Shown: positions 34,608 through 44,534 of the stretch, in pieces
Numbering within the stretch: position 1 is the first letter of the stretch
Layout: each line of letters starts with the position of its first letter
Source: Planctomycetota bacterium
GTDB lineage: Bacteria; Planctomycetota; Phycisphaerae; Phycisphaerales; Phycisphaeraceae
Reading direction: 5' to 3'
DNA length: 64,000 nt
NCBI GenBank assembly: GCA_039024495.1
Contig: JBCCQE010000006.1
Location: 52,244 to 116,243 of the forward strand
The notes under the pieces: generated by a model
Told to the model about the DNA's origin: nothing
What the model saw: only the letters and a program-made list of their open reading frames with translations
The model's database searches: none
Made by a program: the position numbers and the translations under genes

Positions 34608-36278
34608 GTGAGCAAGCGAGTCGTCATCGTCGGTGCGGGGCCCGGGGGCCTGGCCTCCGCCATGCTGCTGGCCTCCGCGGGTCTGGACGTGACCGTGCTC
34701 GAGCGGCGAGATCGCCCCGGCGGGCGGACCTCCGGCTTCGAGCTGGCCGACGCCGCCGACCCTTCGAACCGGTATCAGTTCGACCTCGGCCCGACGTTCT
34801 TCCTCTACCCGGCCGTGCTTAAGCAGGTGTTCAAGATCGCCGGCTTCGACCTCGACCGCGAGGTCGAGATGGTCCGCCTCGACCCGCAGTACCGGCTGAT
34901 GTTCGAGGACCCCGCCGGCGGCACGCCGCAGCGCATCGACGCGACGCCCGACGTCAAGCGGATGCAGTCTGAGATCGCCAAGCTCAGCCCCGGCGACGCC
35001 GAGCGCTTCCCCGGCTGGCTGGCGGACAACCGCGTGAAGTTCGCGAAGTTCAAGCCGATCCTGCAGCGGCCGTTCGACTCGATGCTCGACATGGTGGGGA
35101 TGGACACGATCAAGTCCGGGCCGTGGGTGCGGCCGTGGGCGTCGGTGGACTCGGACCTCAAGCACTGGTTCAAGGACCCGCGCGTGCGGCTGGCGTTCTC
35201 GTTCCAGTCCAAGTACCTGGGCATGTCGCCGTTCAAGTGCCCGTCGCTGTTCACGATCCTCTCGTTCCTCGAATACGAGTACGGCGTGTACCACCCGACC
35301 GGCGGCTGCCACGCGGTGAGCGAGAAGATGGCGGCGCTGGCCGAGTCGATGGGCGTGACGATCCGCTACGGCAGCGAGGTGAGCGGGTTCGACTTCGAGG
35401 GCAAGCGGCCCAAGGCGGCGATCGTCAAGGACGAACGATTCGAGGCCGACGCCGTGATGATCAACGCAGACTTCGCTCACGCGATGCGCAGGCTCGTGCC
35501 CGATGCGCTACGCAAGCGATGGACCGATCGCTCGATCGCCAAGAAGAAGTACTCCTGCTCGACGTACATGATCTACGCCGGCGTCGACCGCCGCTTCGAC
35601 GACCTCGCCCACCACACGATCTTCCTTTCTAAAGACTACGAGCAGAACCTCCGCGAGATCGAGACGGATCACGTCCTCTCCGACAACCCGTCGGTCTACG
35701 TGCACAACCCCGTCGCGACCGACCCCTCGATGGCTCCCGACGGCCACAGCGCGCTCTACATCCTCGCGCCCGTCACGCACGAGACGGCGGGCGTCGATTG
35801 GAAGCGCGACGGCCCGGCCTTCCGCAAGAAGGTGCTCGACCAGGTTCGCAAGCTCGGCCTACCCGACCTCGAGCCGCACATCCGGGCCGAGCGCACCGTC
35901 AGCCCCGAAGGCTGGCGTGACGACCTCGCCATCTTCCGCGGCGCGACCTTCAACCTCGCTCATGGGCTCGATCAGATGCTCTGCTTCCGCCCGCACAACC
36001 GCTTCGAGGACCTCGAAGCGACGTACCTCACCGGCGGCGGCACGCACCCCGGCTCGGGCCTGCCGGTGATCTACGAGTCGGCACTCATCTCGTCGCGGCT
36101 GCTGCTTAGCGACTTGGGCGTGGGCGTGACCGACGCGTGGGACGCCGACCGCTCGGCCCTCGACGACGTGCCCCTGCCGGGCATGCGCCCGCAACCCGCC
36201 GATCAGCCCGGCTCGATCGATCGGGTCGGGCCCACCCCCGCGGCGGCCGCGATCGCCGAGCCGGTGCACGCCGGATGA
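34608..36278 (+). CDS. CrtI-family carotenoid desaturase (CrtN-like)
   Basis: VVIVGAGPGGLASAMLLASAGLDVTVLERRDRPGGR, FSFQSKYLGMSPFKCPSLFTILSFLEYEYGVYHPTGG and a C-terminal GGGTHPGSGLP. GTG start. Confidence 0.85.
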   Translation: MSKRVVIVGAGPGGLASAMLLASAGLDVTVLERRDRPGGRTSGFELADAADPSNRYQFDLGPTFFLYPAVLKQVFKIAGFDLDREVEMVRLDPQYRLMFEDPAGGTPQRIDATPDVKRMQSEIAKLSPGDAERFPGWLADNRVKFAKFKPILQRPFDSMLDMVGMDTIKSGPWVRPWASVDSDLKHWFKDPRVRLAFSFQSKYLGMSPFKCPSLFTILSFLEYEYGVYHPTGGCHAVSEKMAALAESMGVTIRYGSEVSGFDFEGKRPKAAIVKDERFEADAVMINADFAHAMRRLVPDALRKRWTDRSIAKKKYSCSTYMIYAGVDRRFDDLAHHTIFLSKDYEQNLREIETDHVLSDNPSVYVHNPVATDPSMAPDGHSALYILAPVTHETAGVDWKRDGPAFRKKVLDQVRKLGLPDLEPHIRAERTVSPEGWRDDLAIFRGATFNLAHGLDQMLCFRPHNRFEDLEATYLTGGGTHPGSGLPVIYESALISSRLLLSDLGVGVTDAWDADRSALDDVPLPGMRPQPADQPGSIDRVGPTPAAAAIAEPVHAG

Positions 36279-37894
36279 ACGCCGCCGTGTCGATGGAGCC
36301 TCCGATGCGGGAACGCGTGGCCGCCGCCGACGCGGTCACCCCCAGCGAGGTCGCCGCGACCGGCGGGCTGAGCGCACGCGATTCGCCGGTCGTCGCCGAG
36401 GCCACCCGCAGGGCACGCGCCGCGCAGCAGCAGTGGGCACGGGTCGACACGGCCGATCGCTGCGCGGTGATCGATCGCGCGCGGGCCGCGCTGTTAAACG
36501 AAATCGACACGCTGGCGGACCTGCTGGTTGAAGCCGTGCCCGCTAGGTCCGATCGAGCCGAGGCCCTCTCCGGCGAGCTGATGCCGATGCTCGCCGCGGC
36601 CCGCTGGCTCAGCCGTTGCGGCGCGAAGGTCTTACGCACTCGGCGCACGGGGTGGTGGACCCGCCCGTCGTTCCTGCCCGGCCATCGAGCCGAGGTGCGG
36701 CGGCGTGCGCTCGGCGTGGTGCTGATCATCGCGCCAAGCAACTACCCGCTGATGCTCCCCGGCGTGCAGGCGATGCAGGCCCTGGCGGCGGGCAACGCGG
36801 TGGCGATCAAGCCCGCGCCGGGGTCGGGCGTGGCGGTGCAGCGCTTCGCCGCCTGCCTGCGGCAAGCCGGGCTGCCCTCGGAGCTGCTGGCCGTGCTCGG
36901 CGAGTCGGCGGGCGAGGCGCAGGCGGCGATCGCCGCAGGCGTTGATCACGTCGTGCTGACCGGTTCTTTCAGCACCGGCCGCGCCGTGCAAGCCCAGCTC
37001 ACCCCACGGCTCACGCCCTCCACGATGGAGCTCTCCGGCTGCGACGCCTGCTTCGTCCTGCCCGACGCGACCGATGCGCAGATCGACCGCGCGGTCGACG
37101 CGCTTGCCTTCGGCCTCACCTACAACGGCTCGCAGACGTGCATTGCCCCGCGCCGCGTGCACGCCACCCCGGCCATGGCGACGACCCTCGCGCAGCGCGT
37201 CGCCGGCCGCCTCGCCGACACCGTGGCCGTCCCCGTCCCCTCCGCCGTCGCCGGCCGCCTCGCCGAGCTCATCGCCGACGCCACCCGCCGCGGAGCGACC
37301 CGCCTCACCGGCGACGTCTGGGCCGACCCCGACCAACGCGGCACCATGCGCGTCGAGCCCGTGCTGATGACCGAGGTCCCCGCCGACGCGTCGCTGCTCG
37401 CCGCCGACCTCTTCGCTCCGTGGCTGGCCTTCGTGCCCTGCCTCGACGCCAACGCCATGCTCGCCGCCAACGCCCGCTGCCCTTACAAGCTCGGCGCGTC
37501 GATCTTCGGCCCGTCCCACTCGGCGAACGACCTCGCCGACGCGCTCGACGTCGGCAGCGTCACCATCAACGACCTGATCGTCCCCACCGCCGACCCGCGC
37601 CTGCCGTTCCCCGCCGTCGGTCACTCCGGCTTCGGCGTCACGCGCGGCCCCGAGGGCCTGCTCGCCATGACCCGACCCATGGTCATCACCGAGCACCGCG
37701 GCCCCACGCCCCGCCACTACCAGACCGACACGCCCGGCCTCGACTCCCTGCTCACCGCCATGCTCCGCATGCACCACGCCCCATCACTCGGCGGCCGCGC
37801 CGCCGGCCTGCGCGACTTCGCCCGATCGATCTATCGTGTCGCCCGCGCGACCTCTTCCTCACCCAACACCTCTTCCTCGATCAAGGACTCATGA
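36275..37894 (+). CDS. aldehyde dehydrogenase family protein
   Basis: The ATG overlaps the upstream stop (ATGA at 36275-36278). It shows VLIIAPSNYP, MELSGCDACFVL and YNGSQTCIAPRRV, which contains the catalytic Cys context. Confidence 0.85.
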   Translation: MNAAVSMEPPMRERVAAADAVTPSEVAATGGLSARDSPVVAEATRRARAAQQQWARVDTADRCAVIDRARAALLNEIDTLADLLVEAVPARSDRAEALSGELMPMLAAARWLSRCGAKVLRTRRTGWWTRPSFLPGHRAEVRRRALGVVLIIAPSNYPLMLPGVQAMQALAAGNAVAIKPAPGSGVAVQRFAACLRQAGLPSELLAVLGESAGEAQAAIAAGVDHVVLTGSFSTGRAVQAQLTPRLTPSTMELSGCDACFVLPDATDAQIDRAVDALAFGLTYNGSQTCIAPRRVHATPAMATTLAQRVAGRLADTVAVPVPSAVAGRLAELIADATRRGATRLTGDVWADPDQRGTMRVEPVLMTEVPADASLLAADLFAPWLAFVPCLDANAMLAANARCPYKLGASIFGPSHSANDLADALDVGSVTINDLIVPTADPRLPFPAVGHSGFGVTRGPEGLLAMTRPMVITEHRGPTPRHYQTDTPGLDSLLTAMLRMHHAPSLGGRAAGLRDFARSIYRVARATSSSPNTSSSIKDS

Positions 37895-39465
37895 ACGACA
37901 CCCCGCACACCGTCGTCATCGGCTCGGGCCTCGCCGGCCTGTCCGCCGCCTGCACCCTCGCCGCCCGCGGCCGACGCGTCACCCTGCTCGAGAAGAACCC
38001 CTGGCTCGGCGGCAAGGCCGCGGTCCTCCACCAGGACGGCTACCGCTTCGACATGGGCCCCACCATCCTCACCATGCCGCGCGTCCTCAAGCGCGTCTTC
38101 GAGGAAGCCGACAAAAACATCGCCGACTACCTCGACCTCCGCCGCCTCGACCCGCAGTGGCGCTGCTTCTTCGACGAGTCCATCGGCGGCGGCGTGCTCG
38201 ACCTCCGCGAGCAGGTCGCCGACATGCAGGCCCACCTCCGCGAGCAGGGCAACGGCCACGGCCAGCAGCTCGCCAAAGCCTACGGCGACTTCATCAAGTA
38301 CACCGAACGCCTCCACCGCATCTCCGACGACTTCTTCTTCTGGAAGTCCGTCGGCGGCATCGGCGACATCTTCGACGTCTCCAACACCTTCAACCTCAGC
38401 ACCCTCTCCGACGTCCTGGCCATGCGCATGGGCTCGTCGGTCGCCACCACCATCCGCAAGTACGTCGACGACCCACGCCTCGCGCAGCTGCTCGACCACT
38501 TCGTGCAATACGTCGGCTCGTCGCCGATGGGCGCGCCGGCCATCCTCTGCTCGATCGCGTCGATGCAGGTCAACGAGGGCGTCTGGTACCCGATCGGCGG
38601 CACCCGCGCCGTGCCCGAGGCGCTGGCCAAGCTCGGCGGCGAGCTCGGCGTCGACTTCCGCACCGAGGCCGACGTCGAGGGCATCGACGTCGAGGCCGGC
38701 CGCGTCACCGCCGTCCGCACGACCGACGGCGAGCGCATCGCCTGCGACTCGGTCGTGTCCAACATGGACGCCGTCCGCACCCACCGCGAGCTGATCGGCG
38801 GGCCGCTGGCCGAGAAGTTCAACGCCCGCCGCCGCTACGAACCCGCGTGCTCCGGCGTCGTCCTCTACCTCGGCCTCAAAAAGCGCTACGAGCACGTCGC
38901 CCACCACAACTTCGTCTTCTCTCGCGACCCCGAAGAAGAGTTCGACGCCATCTACCACGACGGCGAGCCCGCCCCCGACCCCACCTGCTACCTCGCCTGC
39001 CCCAGCCACACCGAGACCGACGTCGCCCCTGCCGGCGGCGAAGCCCTCTACGTCCTCGTCCACACGCCCTTCATGCGCCCCCATCACGACTGGTCGCCCG
39101 ACGGCGAGCTCTTCACGAGCTACCGCCAGACCATCCTCGACAAGCTCAAGCGCACTGCCGGGATGGAAGACATTGAAGACCGCATCGAAACCGAAGCCCA
39201 CCTCACCCCTCAGGGCATCCACGACCGCTACCGCGTGCTCAACGGCGCGATCTACGGCCTCGCCTCGCACGGCAAGTGGACCGGCGCCTTCAAGCCCGCC
39301 AACCACTCCACCGACGTTGACGGCCTCTACCTCGCCGGCGGCGCCGCCCACCCCGGCCCCGGCATGCCCATGGTGCTGATGTCGGGCTGGATCGCCGCCG
39401 ACACGCTCGACCAGCGCGAAGCGAAGCGCGAGTCCAAGGCCGAGCTCGCCGCCGCCTCGGCATAA
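37891..39465 (+). CDS. CrtI-family carotenoid oxidase/desaturase (CrtP/CrtD-like)
   Basis: The ATG overlaps the upstream stop (ATGA at 37891-37894). It shows VVIGSGLAGLSAACTLAARGRRVTLLEKNPWLGGK, HFVQYVGSSPMGAPAIL, EGVWYPIGG and GGAAHPGPGMP. Confidence 0.85.
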   Translation: MNDTPHTVVIGSGLAGLSAACTLAARGRRVTLLEKNPWLGGKAAVLHQDGYRFDMGPTILTMPRVLKRVFEEADKNIADYLDLRRLDPQWRCFFDESIGGGVLDLREQVADMQAHLREQGNGHGQQLAKAYGDFIKYTERLHRISDDFFFWKSVGGIGDIFDVSNTFNLSTLSDVLAMRMGSSVATTIRKYVDDPRLAQLLDHFVQYVGSSPMGAPAILCSIASMQVNEGVWYPIGGTRAVPEALAKLGGELGVDFRTEADVEGIDVEAGRVTAVRTTDGERIACDSVVSNMDAVRTHRELIGGPLAEKFNARRRYEPACSGVVLYLGLKKRYEHVAHHNFVFSRDPEEEFDAIYHDGEPAPDPTCYLACPSHTETDVAPAGGEALYVLVHTPFMRPHHDWSPDGELFTSYRQTILDKLKRTAGMEDIEDRIETEAHLTPQGIHDRYRVLNGAIYGLASHGKWTGAFKPANHSTDVDGLYLAGGAAHPGPGMPMVLMSGWIAADTLDQREAKRESKAELAAASA

Positions 39466-39496
39466 ACCCGCCGAACCACATCACGCCACGCCCAAG

Positions 39497-40357
39497 ATGA
39501 GCCAAGCCAAGCCACCGAACGCCGACGCCCTGCCCGGCCGCAACGACTGGCTCTTCGGCTGGTTCTCGTGGTACGTGCGTCGCTTCGTCCGCAAGCACTT
39601 CAACGCCGTGCGCATGCTCGGCGACCACCCGCTCGACGACCCCGCCATCGTCGGCCCCGACCGCCCGCTCATCGTCTACCTCAACCACCCCGGCTGGTGG
39701 GACCCGCTGATGGCCGTCTACCTCGCCGACCGCTTCATGCGCGACCGCCGCCACGGCGCACCGATCGACGCCGAGGCGCTCGAGAAGTACGCCGTGTTCC
39801 GCCACCTCGGGTTCTTCGGCGTCGAGCCCAGCTCGGCGACCGGCGGGCGCGTCTTCCTCCGCTCCGCCTCGGCCTGCCTCGACCACGGCTGGGCGCTGTG
39901 GGTCACCGCCCAGGGCGAGTTCTCCGACCCACGCCAACGCCCCATCGAACTGATGCCCGGCCTGGCCCACCTCGTCCGCCGCCGCGCCAGGCAGGCCGCC
40001 AACACCGACAGCCCAGCCGCCGCCGGCCACGTCCTGCCCCTGGCGATCGAATACCCCTTCTGGACCGAGCGGACCCCCGAGGCGCTGCTGCACGTCGGCG
40101 AGCCGATGCCCATCGCCACCTTCGCCGACGCCCCGGTCGAGGCCACGCATGAGCGGCTTTGCGTCGCACTCGGCGATGCCATGGACCGATTGGCAGAATC
40201 AGCGATCGCGCGCGACCTAGAGTCGCTGCGTGTCGTGGCCCAGGGGCAAGCCAATGTCGGCGGGGCCTACGACCTGTGGCGGCGCATCACCGCCGGCCTG
40301 CGGGGCCAACGCTTCGACCCCGCCCACCGCCTCGATCGCCGCCAACGCCCGGCCTGA
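39497..40357 (+). CDS. PlsC/LPLAT-superfamily acyltransferase (CrtO-like by context)
   Basis: YLNHPGWWDP is an HX4D-type motif, and VTAQGEFSD follows it. It sits between the carotenoid oxidase and the GT2 gene. Confidence 0.75.
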   Translation: MSQAKPPNADALPGRNDWLFGWFSWYVRRFVRKHFNAVRMLGDHPLDDPAIVGPDRPLIVYLNHPGWWDPLMAVYLADRFMRDRRHGAPIDAEALEKYAVFRHLGFFGVEPSSATGGRVFLRSASACLDHGWALWVTAQGEFSDPRQRPIELMPGLAHLVRRRARQAANTDSPAAAGHVLPLAIEYPFWTERTPEALLHVGEPMPIATFADAPVEATHERLCVALGDAMDRLAESAIARDLESLRVVAQGQANVGGAYDLWRRITAGLRGQRFDPAHRLDRRQRPA

Positions 40358-40393
40358 TCGCCGCGTTCGCCGAACCTCCGCAGAGACCGCCGC

Positions 40394-41557
40394 ATGATCC
40401 TCCTCGCCGTCTGCCTCTTCGCTATGGTCGCCGCGTGCATCCCGGCCGTCATGCTCTTCATGAACATGGGCGTCTTCCGCCCGCCCCCCGCCGCGTCCAA
40501 GCTCGACGCCGACGCCCAGCGCCCCGGCGTCTCGCTGCTCATCCCCGCCCGCAACGAGGCCGCCTCCATCGAGCGATGCCTCAAGGCCGCCCTCGCGTCC
40601 ACCGGCGTCGACCTCGAGATCGTCGTCCTCGACGACGCCTCCACCGACGGCACCGCCGCCATCGTCCAACGCCTCGCCGCCGAAGACGAACGCGTCCGCC
40701 TCGTCCGCAACCACGAGCTCCCCGAGGGCTGGTGCGGCAAGCAGCACGCCTGCTTCAAGCTCGCCGAGAATGCCACCCGCCAAAACCTCGCGTGGATCGA
40801 CGCCGACGTCACGCTCGCCCCCGACGCGCTCGCCCGCATGATCGCCTTCCGCGCCGCGGCCGACATCGACCTCGTCTCCGCCTTCCCCAAGCAGAAGACC
40901 CAGACCCTCGCCGAGGCGATGGTCGTCCCGCTCATCAACTTCCTGCTCGTCGGCTACCTGCCGATGGCGATGATGCGGGCCTCCCGCTCGGACGCGCGAT
41001 TCGCCGTGGGCTGCGGCCAGTTCATGCTGGCCGACCGCGACGCCTACTTCGACATCGGCGGCCACGGCCACCCCGACGTCCGCCTCTCCCTGCACGACGG
41101 CATGACCCTCCCCCGCGCCTTCCGCGCCGCCGGCCGCACCACCGACATCGCCGACGGCAAGTCCATCGCCACCTGCCGCATGTACGACTCGTGGTCCACA
41201 GTCTGGAACGGCTTCCTCAAGAACGCCACCGAGGGCATGGCCACGCCCGTCGGCATCGTCGTCTGGACCGTCCTGCTCGGCGCCGCGCACGTCCTGCCCT
41301 GGGCGCTCGCCCTCGCCGGGTTCACCGGCCTCATCGAGCTCGGCCCGCTCGCCGCCTCCGCCGTGGCAGCCGCGTGCATTCTCAGCGCCGCCTACTCCGC
41401 AGCGATCGCCACCTGGTTCCGCCAGGGCATCCTGCCCGCGATCGTCCGCCCGGCCGGCGTCGTCATGCTGCTCGCGATCCAGTGGGTCGCCATCGGCCGA
41501 AAGTCCCTCGGCTACGCCCCCGCATGGCGTGGCCGATCCGTCGCCTCGCCCTCGTAA
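40394..41557 (+). CDS. family-2 glycosyltransferase (CrtQ-like by context)
   Basis: VSLLIPARNEAASI and LEIVVLDDASTDGT. There is an N-terminal TM helix and C-terminal TM helices. Confidence 0.8.
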   Translation: MILLAVCLFAMVAACIPAVMLFMNMGVFRPPPAASKLDADAQRPGVSLLIPARNEAASIERCLKAALASTGVDLEIVVLDDASTDGTAAIVQRLAAEDERVRLVRNHELPEGWCGKQHACFKLAENATRQNLAWIDADVTLAPDALARMIAFRAAADIDLVSAFPKQKTQTLAEAMVVPLINFLLVGYLPMAMMRASRSDARFAVGCGQFMLADRDAYFDIGGHGHPDVRLSLHDGMTLPRAFRAAGRTTDIADGKSIATCRMYDSWSTVWNGFLKNATEGMATPVGIVVWTVLLGAAHVLPWALALAGFTGLIELGPLAASAVAAACILSAAYSAAIATWFRQGILPAIVRPAGVVMLLAIQWVAIGRKSLGYAPAWRGRSVASPS

Positions 41558-41575
41558 CGCCCCGAGAACCTCGCC

Positions 41576-41803
41576 GTGCAGTGCAACATCGACAGCAAGG
41601 GCAAGGCCGTCCGCCTCATCGGCGGACTGATCACGCTCATCGTCGCGGCCGTGCTGGCCCTGCTCACGCTGATCGGCACGCTGCCGCCGATCGTCGGCTG
41701 GGTCGCCGCCGGTGCCGCGGCCGCGGGCGGAGCGTTTCAGGTCTACGAGGGCTGGGCTGGATGGTGCGTCGTGCGGGCGCTAGGCTTTAAGACGCCGATC
41801 TAG
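41576..41803 (+). CDS. DUF2892 (YgaP-like) small membrane protein
   Basis: A 75-aa protein with two TM helices and a C-terminal GWAGWCVVRALG motif. GTG start. Confidence 0.7.
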   Translation: MQCNIDSKGKAVRLIGGLITLIVAAVLALLTLIGTLPPIVGWVAAGAAAAGGAFQVYEGWAGWCVVRALGFKTPI

Positions 41804-41827
41804 CCCCCCGCACACCCCAAGGCCTCG

Positions 41828-42514
41828 ATGGAATCACTCGACCTCGATCACCCCGTCGGCCTCTTCCCCCTGGCTTCCTGCCCGCTGCTCCCTGCTGCCA
41901 CCATCCCCCTGCACGTCTTCGAGCCGCGCTACCGCCAGCTCACGCAAGACGCCATCGAGCACGACCGCCCGATCGCCATGGCCATGTTCGAGGGCGACGA
42001 CTATCAGCAGGACTACCTCGGCCAGCCGCCCGTCCGCCCGGCCGTCTGTCTCGGCCGCATCATCCGCCACCACGAGCTGCCCGACGGCCGCTTCCACATC
42101 CTCCTCCAAGGCCTCGCCCGCGCCCGCATCGACCACGAAGTCCTCAGCCCGCCCACGCTCTACCGCCAGGCCCACCTCTCGGGCATCGACGACCGCGACA
42201 CCCTCGAGATCGACCTCACCGCCGCCCGCCAAGCGCTCGACGCCCTCTGCGCCGACCCCGCGCTCGACCAGCTCGCCTCTTTCAAGCCGCTTCGCGAGCA
42301 CCTCACCGACGACCTGCCCACGCCCGCCCTCATCGACCTCGCCACCCTCTGCACCGCCGCCTCCGACGACCAGCGCTACCGCGTCCTCGCCGAGCCCGAC
42401 CCCAACCAGCGCGCCGGCTGGCTCACCGCCCACCTCCGCGAGCTGCTCACCACCCTGCGCGCCGCGCAACGCTACGACCTGCCCACCGACGACGACGGCC
42501 TCTCGCTCAACTAA
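41828..42514 (+). CDS. Lon N-terminal (LON substrate-binding) domain protein
   Basis: FPLASCPLLPAATIPLHVFEPRYRQL...PIAMAMF is the typical stand-alone Lon-N domain signature. Confidence 0.8.
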   Translation: MESLDLDHPVGLFPLASCPLLPAATIPLHVFEPRYRQLTQDAIEHDRPIAMAMFEGDDYQQDYLGQPPVRPAVCLGRIIRHHELPDGRFHILLQGLARARIDHEVLSPPTLYRQAHLSGIDDRDTLEIDLTAARQALDALCADPALDQLASFKPLREHLTDDLPTPALIDLATLCTAASDDQRYRVLAEPDPNQRAGWLTAHLRELLTTLRAAQRYDLPTDDDGLSLN

Positions 42515-42523
42515 CGTCCACCC

Positions 42524-43504
42524 ATGCCCTCCCCCGCGACGCTCATCATCGGCTGCGGCTACCTCGGCCACGCCCTCGCCCGAAAGCTCCTCGAACACGC
42601 CGCCGCTTCCGACACCCCCCGCCCCATCTGGGCCACCACCCGCTCCGAAACCAAAGCCCGCGCCCTCTTCGAGCTCGGCCTCCGCCCCGCGCTGCTCCAC
42701 GTCACCCAGCCGCTGACCTTCGCCTCCCTCCGCCCCGCGCTCGACCACCCCGCCCCGCTCGACGTCGTCTACCTCGTCCCGCCCGGCCGCCCCTCATCCC
42801 GCGACGCCGCCGCACCCACACCCCGACAAACCGTCGTCGGCGGCATCGCCACCACCCTCAAGCAGCTCCGCCACGCCGCCAACCTCCGCCGACTCGTCCT
42901 CGCCTCCTCCACCGCTGTCTACGGCCACCAGCCCTGCCCGCCCAACGCGCCCCTCCAAGCCGAGTCCCCCGCCCTCGCCGACAGCCCCCGAGCCCGCCTC
43001 CTCCTCGACGGTGAAACCCTCTGGCTCAACGCCAACGACCAACCCTCCTTCGCCAACACCGGCGCAGCCTTTCACGTCCTCCGCCTCGCCGGCATCTACG
43101 GCCCCGGCCGCGTCATCGGCAAGCGTGCCGTCGCCGAAGGCCACCCCCTCGCCGGCGACCCCGACGCCCCACTCAACCTCATCCACGTCGACGACGCCGC
43201 CGACGCCCTGCTCGCCATGCTCGACCCCAACCGCACCCCCGCCCCCATCGAGCTCGCCGCCGACGGCCACCCCATCCCCCGCCGCGACTATTACGCCGCC
43301 GTCGCCAAACACCTCGGCGTCGACCCACCCGCCGCCTTGCCCCCCGCTGCCGCGCTCGACCTCGGCATCGACCCCGCCCGACTCAAAGCCGCCAGCCACA
43401 AACACCTCGACCCCGCCTCCACCCGCGACCGCCTCGCTTGGCAACCCCAACACCCAAACGCCCTCAACGAACTACCCGCCCTCATCCAACCCGCCACCCC
43501 CTAA
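42524..43504 (+). CDS. NAD(P)-binding Rossmann-fold (SDR/epimerase-like) protein
   Basis: LIIGCGYLGHALARKLL at the N-terminus, and SSTAVYG later. Confidence 0.7.
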   Translation: MPSPATLIIGCGYLGHALARKLLEHAAASDTPRPIWATTRSETKARALFELGLRPALLHVTQPLTFASLRPALDHPAPLDVVYLVPPGRPSSRDAAAPTPRQTVVGGIATTLKQLRHAANLRRLVLASSTAVYGHQPCPPNAPLQAESPALADSPRARLLLDGETLWLNANDQPSFANTGAAFHVLRLAGIYGPGRVIGKRAVAEGHPLAGDPDAPLNLIHVDDAADALLAMLDPNRTPAPIELAADGHPIPRRDYYAAVAKHLGVDPPAALPPAAALDLGIDPARLKAASHKHLDPASTRDRLAWQPQHPNALNELPALIQPATP

Positions 43505-43558
43505 ACCACCCCCCCAAGCCGCGGCAAAGCAAAGCGCCGCCGCGGGTCGAGCCACCCC

Positions 43559-44317
43559 ATGCCGCACCTCAAACCTCACCCCTCAAACCTCATCCTTCTG
43601 ACAATCGTCCTCCCCCTCCTCGCCGCCTGTGCCTCCAAGCCCACCCTCACCCGCCAGACCCCGATGGTCTTCGAACGCGACTCCGCGTGGAACGTCACCG
43701 ACCTCTCCCTCGACTACTACCTCTACACCCCGCCCGGCTACGAAGACCCCGCACGCGCCGACCAAGCCTGGCCCCTGCTCATCTTCCTCCACGGCACCGG
43801 CGAGTCCGGCGGCTCACCCACCAGGGTCGCCGCCCACGGCCCGCCCAAGCTCATCGAACAGGGCACCGACTTCCCCTTTCTCGTCGCCTCCCCCCACAAC
43901 CCCGGCGAACTCCCCCACAACCTCTGGCTCACCGACTTCCTCGCCGCCTTCGCCGACCACCTCACCCAAACCCAGCGCGTCGATCCCGACCGCGTCTACC
44001 TCGCCGGCTTCTCCCTCGGCGGATACGCCGCATGGAACTGGGCCGCCACCCAGCCCGACCGCTTCGCCGCCCTCGTCCCCCTCGCCGCCTGGGGCTACCC
44101 CGCTGAAGCCGCCAACCTCGCCGACGTCCCCGTCCGCGCCTATCACGGCAACCTCGACTTCGTCGTCTCCATCAACCACGCCCGCACCATGCTCGACGCC
44201 CACACCGCCGCCGGCGGCACCAACGAACTCATCACCCTCCCCGTCGGCCACGGCGCCGCCACCCCCGCCTTCGAAGACCCCGAGCTCATCGAATGGCTCC
44301 TCCAACAATCCCGCTGA
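43559..44317 (+). CDS. alpha/beta-hydrolase esterase lipoprotein
   Basis: Lipobox LLAAC, oxyanion-region LLIFLHGTGESGG and nucleophile elbow GFSLGG. Confidence 0.8.
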   Translation: MPHLKPHPSNLILLTIVLPLLAACASKPTLTRQTPMVFERDSAWNVTDLSLDYYLYTPPGYEDPARADQAWPLLIFLHGTGESGGSPTRVAAHGPPKLIEQGTDFPFLVASPHNPGELPHNLWLTDFLAAFADHLTQTQRVDPDRVYLAGFSLGGYAAWNWAATQPDRFAALVPLAAWGYPAEAANLADVPVRAYHGNLDFVVSINHARTMLDAHTAAGGTNELITLPVGHGAATPAFEDPELIEWLLQQSR

Positions 44318-44329
44318 TGGACTCACTGC

Positions 44330-44480
44330 ATCGCGAAACGCGCGAAGGCGCGGAGGCGCGAAGACCTAGAAGACAAACACTCGTTCCGATCGAATCGCAC
44401 AACTCGGCCTCAAAACCTCGCTTCCGCTCCATGTCGTCAAACCCTCCTCCGCGACTCCGCGCCTCCGCACCCTCCGCGAT
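44330..44480. repeat. octamer-periodic inverted-repeat element B (esterase-uvrD spacer)
   Basis: The left arm is ATCGCGAAACGCGCGAAGGCGCGGAGGCGCGAAG. The right arm is CTCCGCGACTCCGCGCCTCCGCACCCTCCGCGAT. About 83 nt of lower-GC sequence separates them. It uses the same CGCGRAGG unit type as element A. Confidence 0.8.
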
Positions 44481-44534
44481 TCACAAACGACAGGCACAAA
44501 AAGAGACCCGCCAATCGGCTCGTACAATCCACCC

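Noticed and set aside
44330-44342. Shared 12-mer CACTGCATCGCG between the edge of element B and the 18509 hairpin as evidence of relatedness
   Set aside because: A single 12-nt identity within 64 kb of GC-biased sequence is expected by chance many times over.
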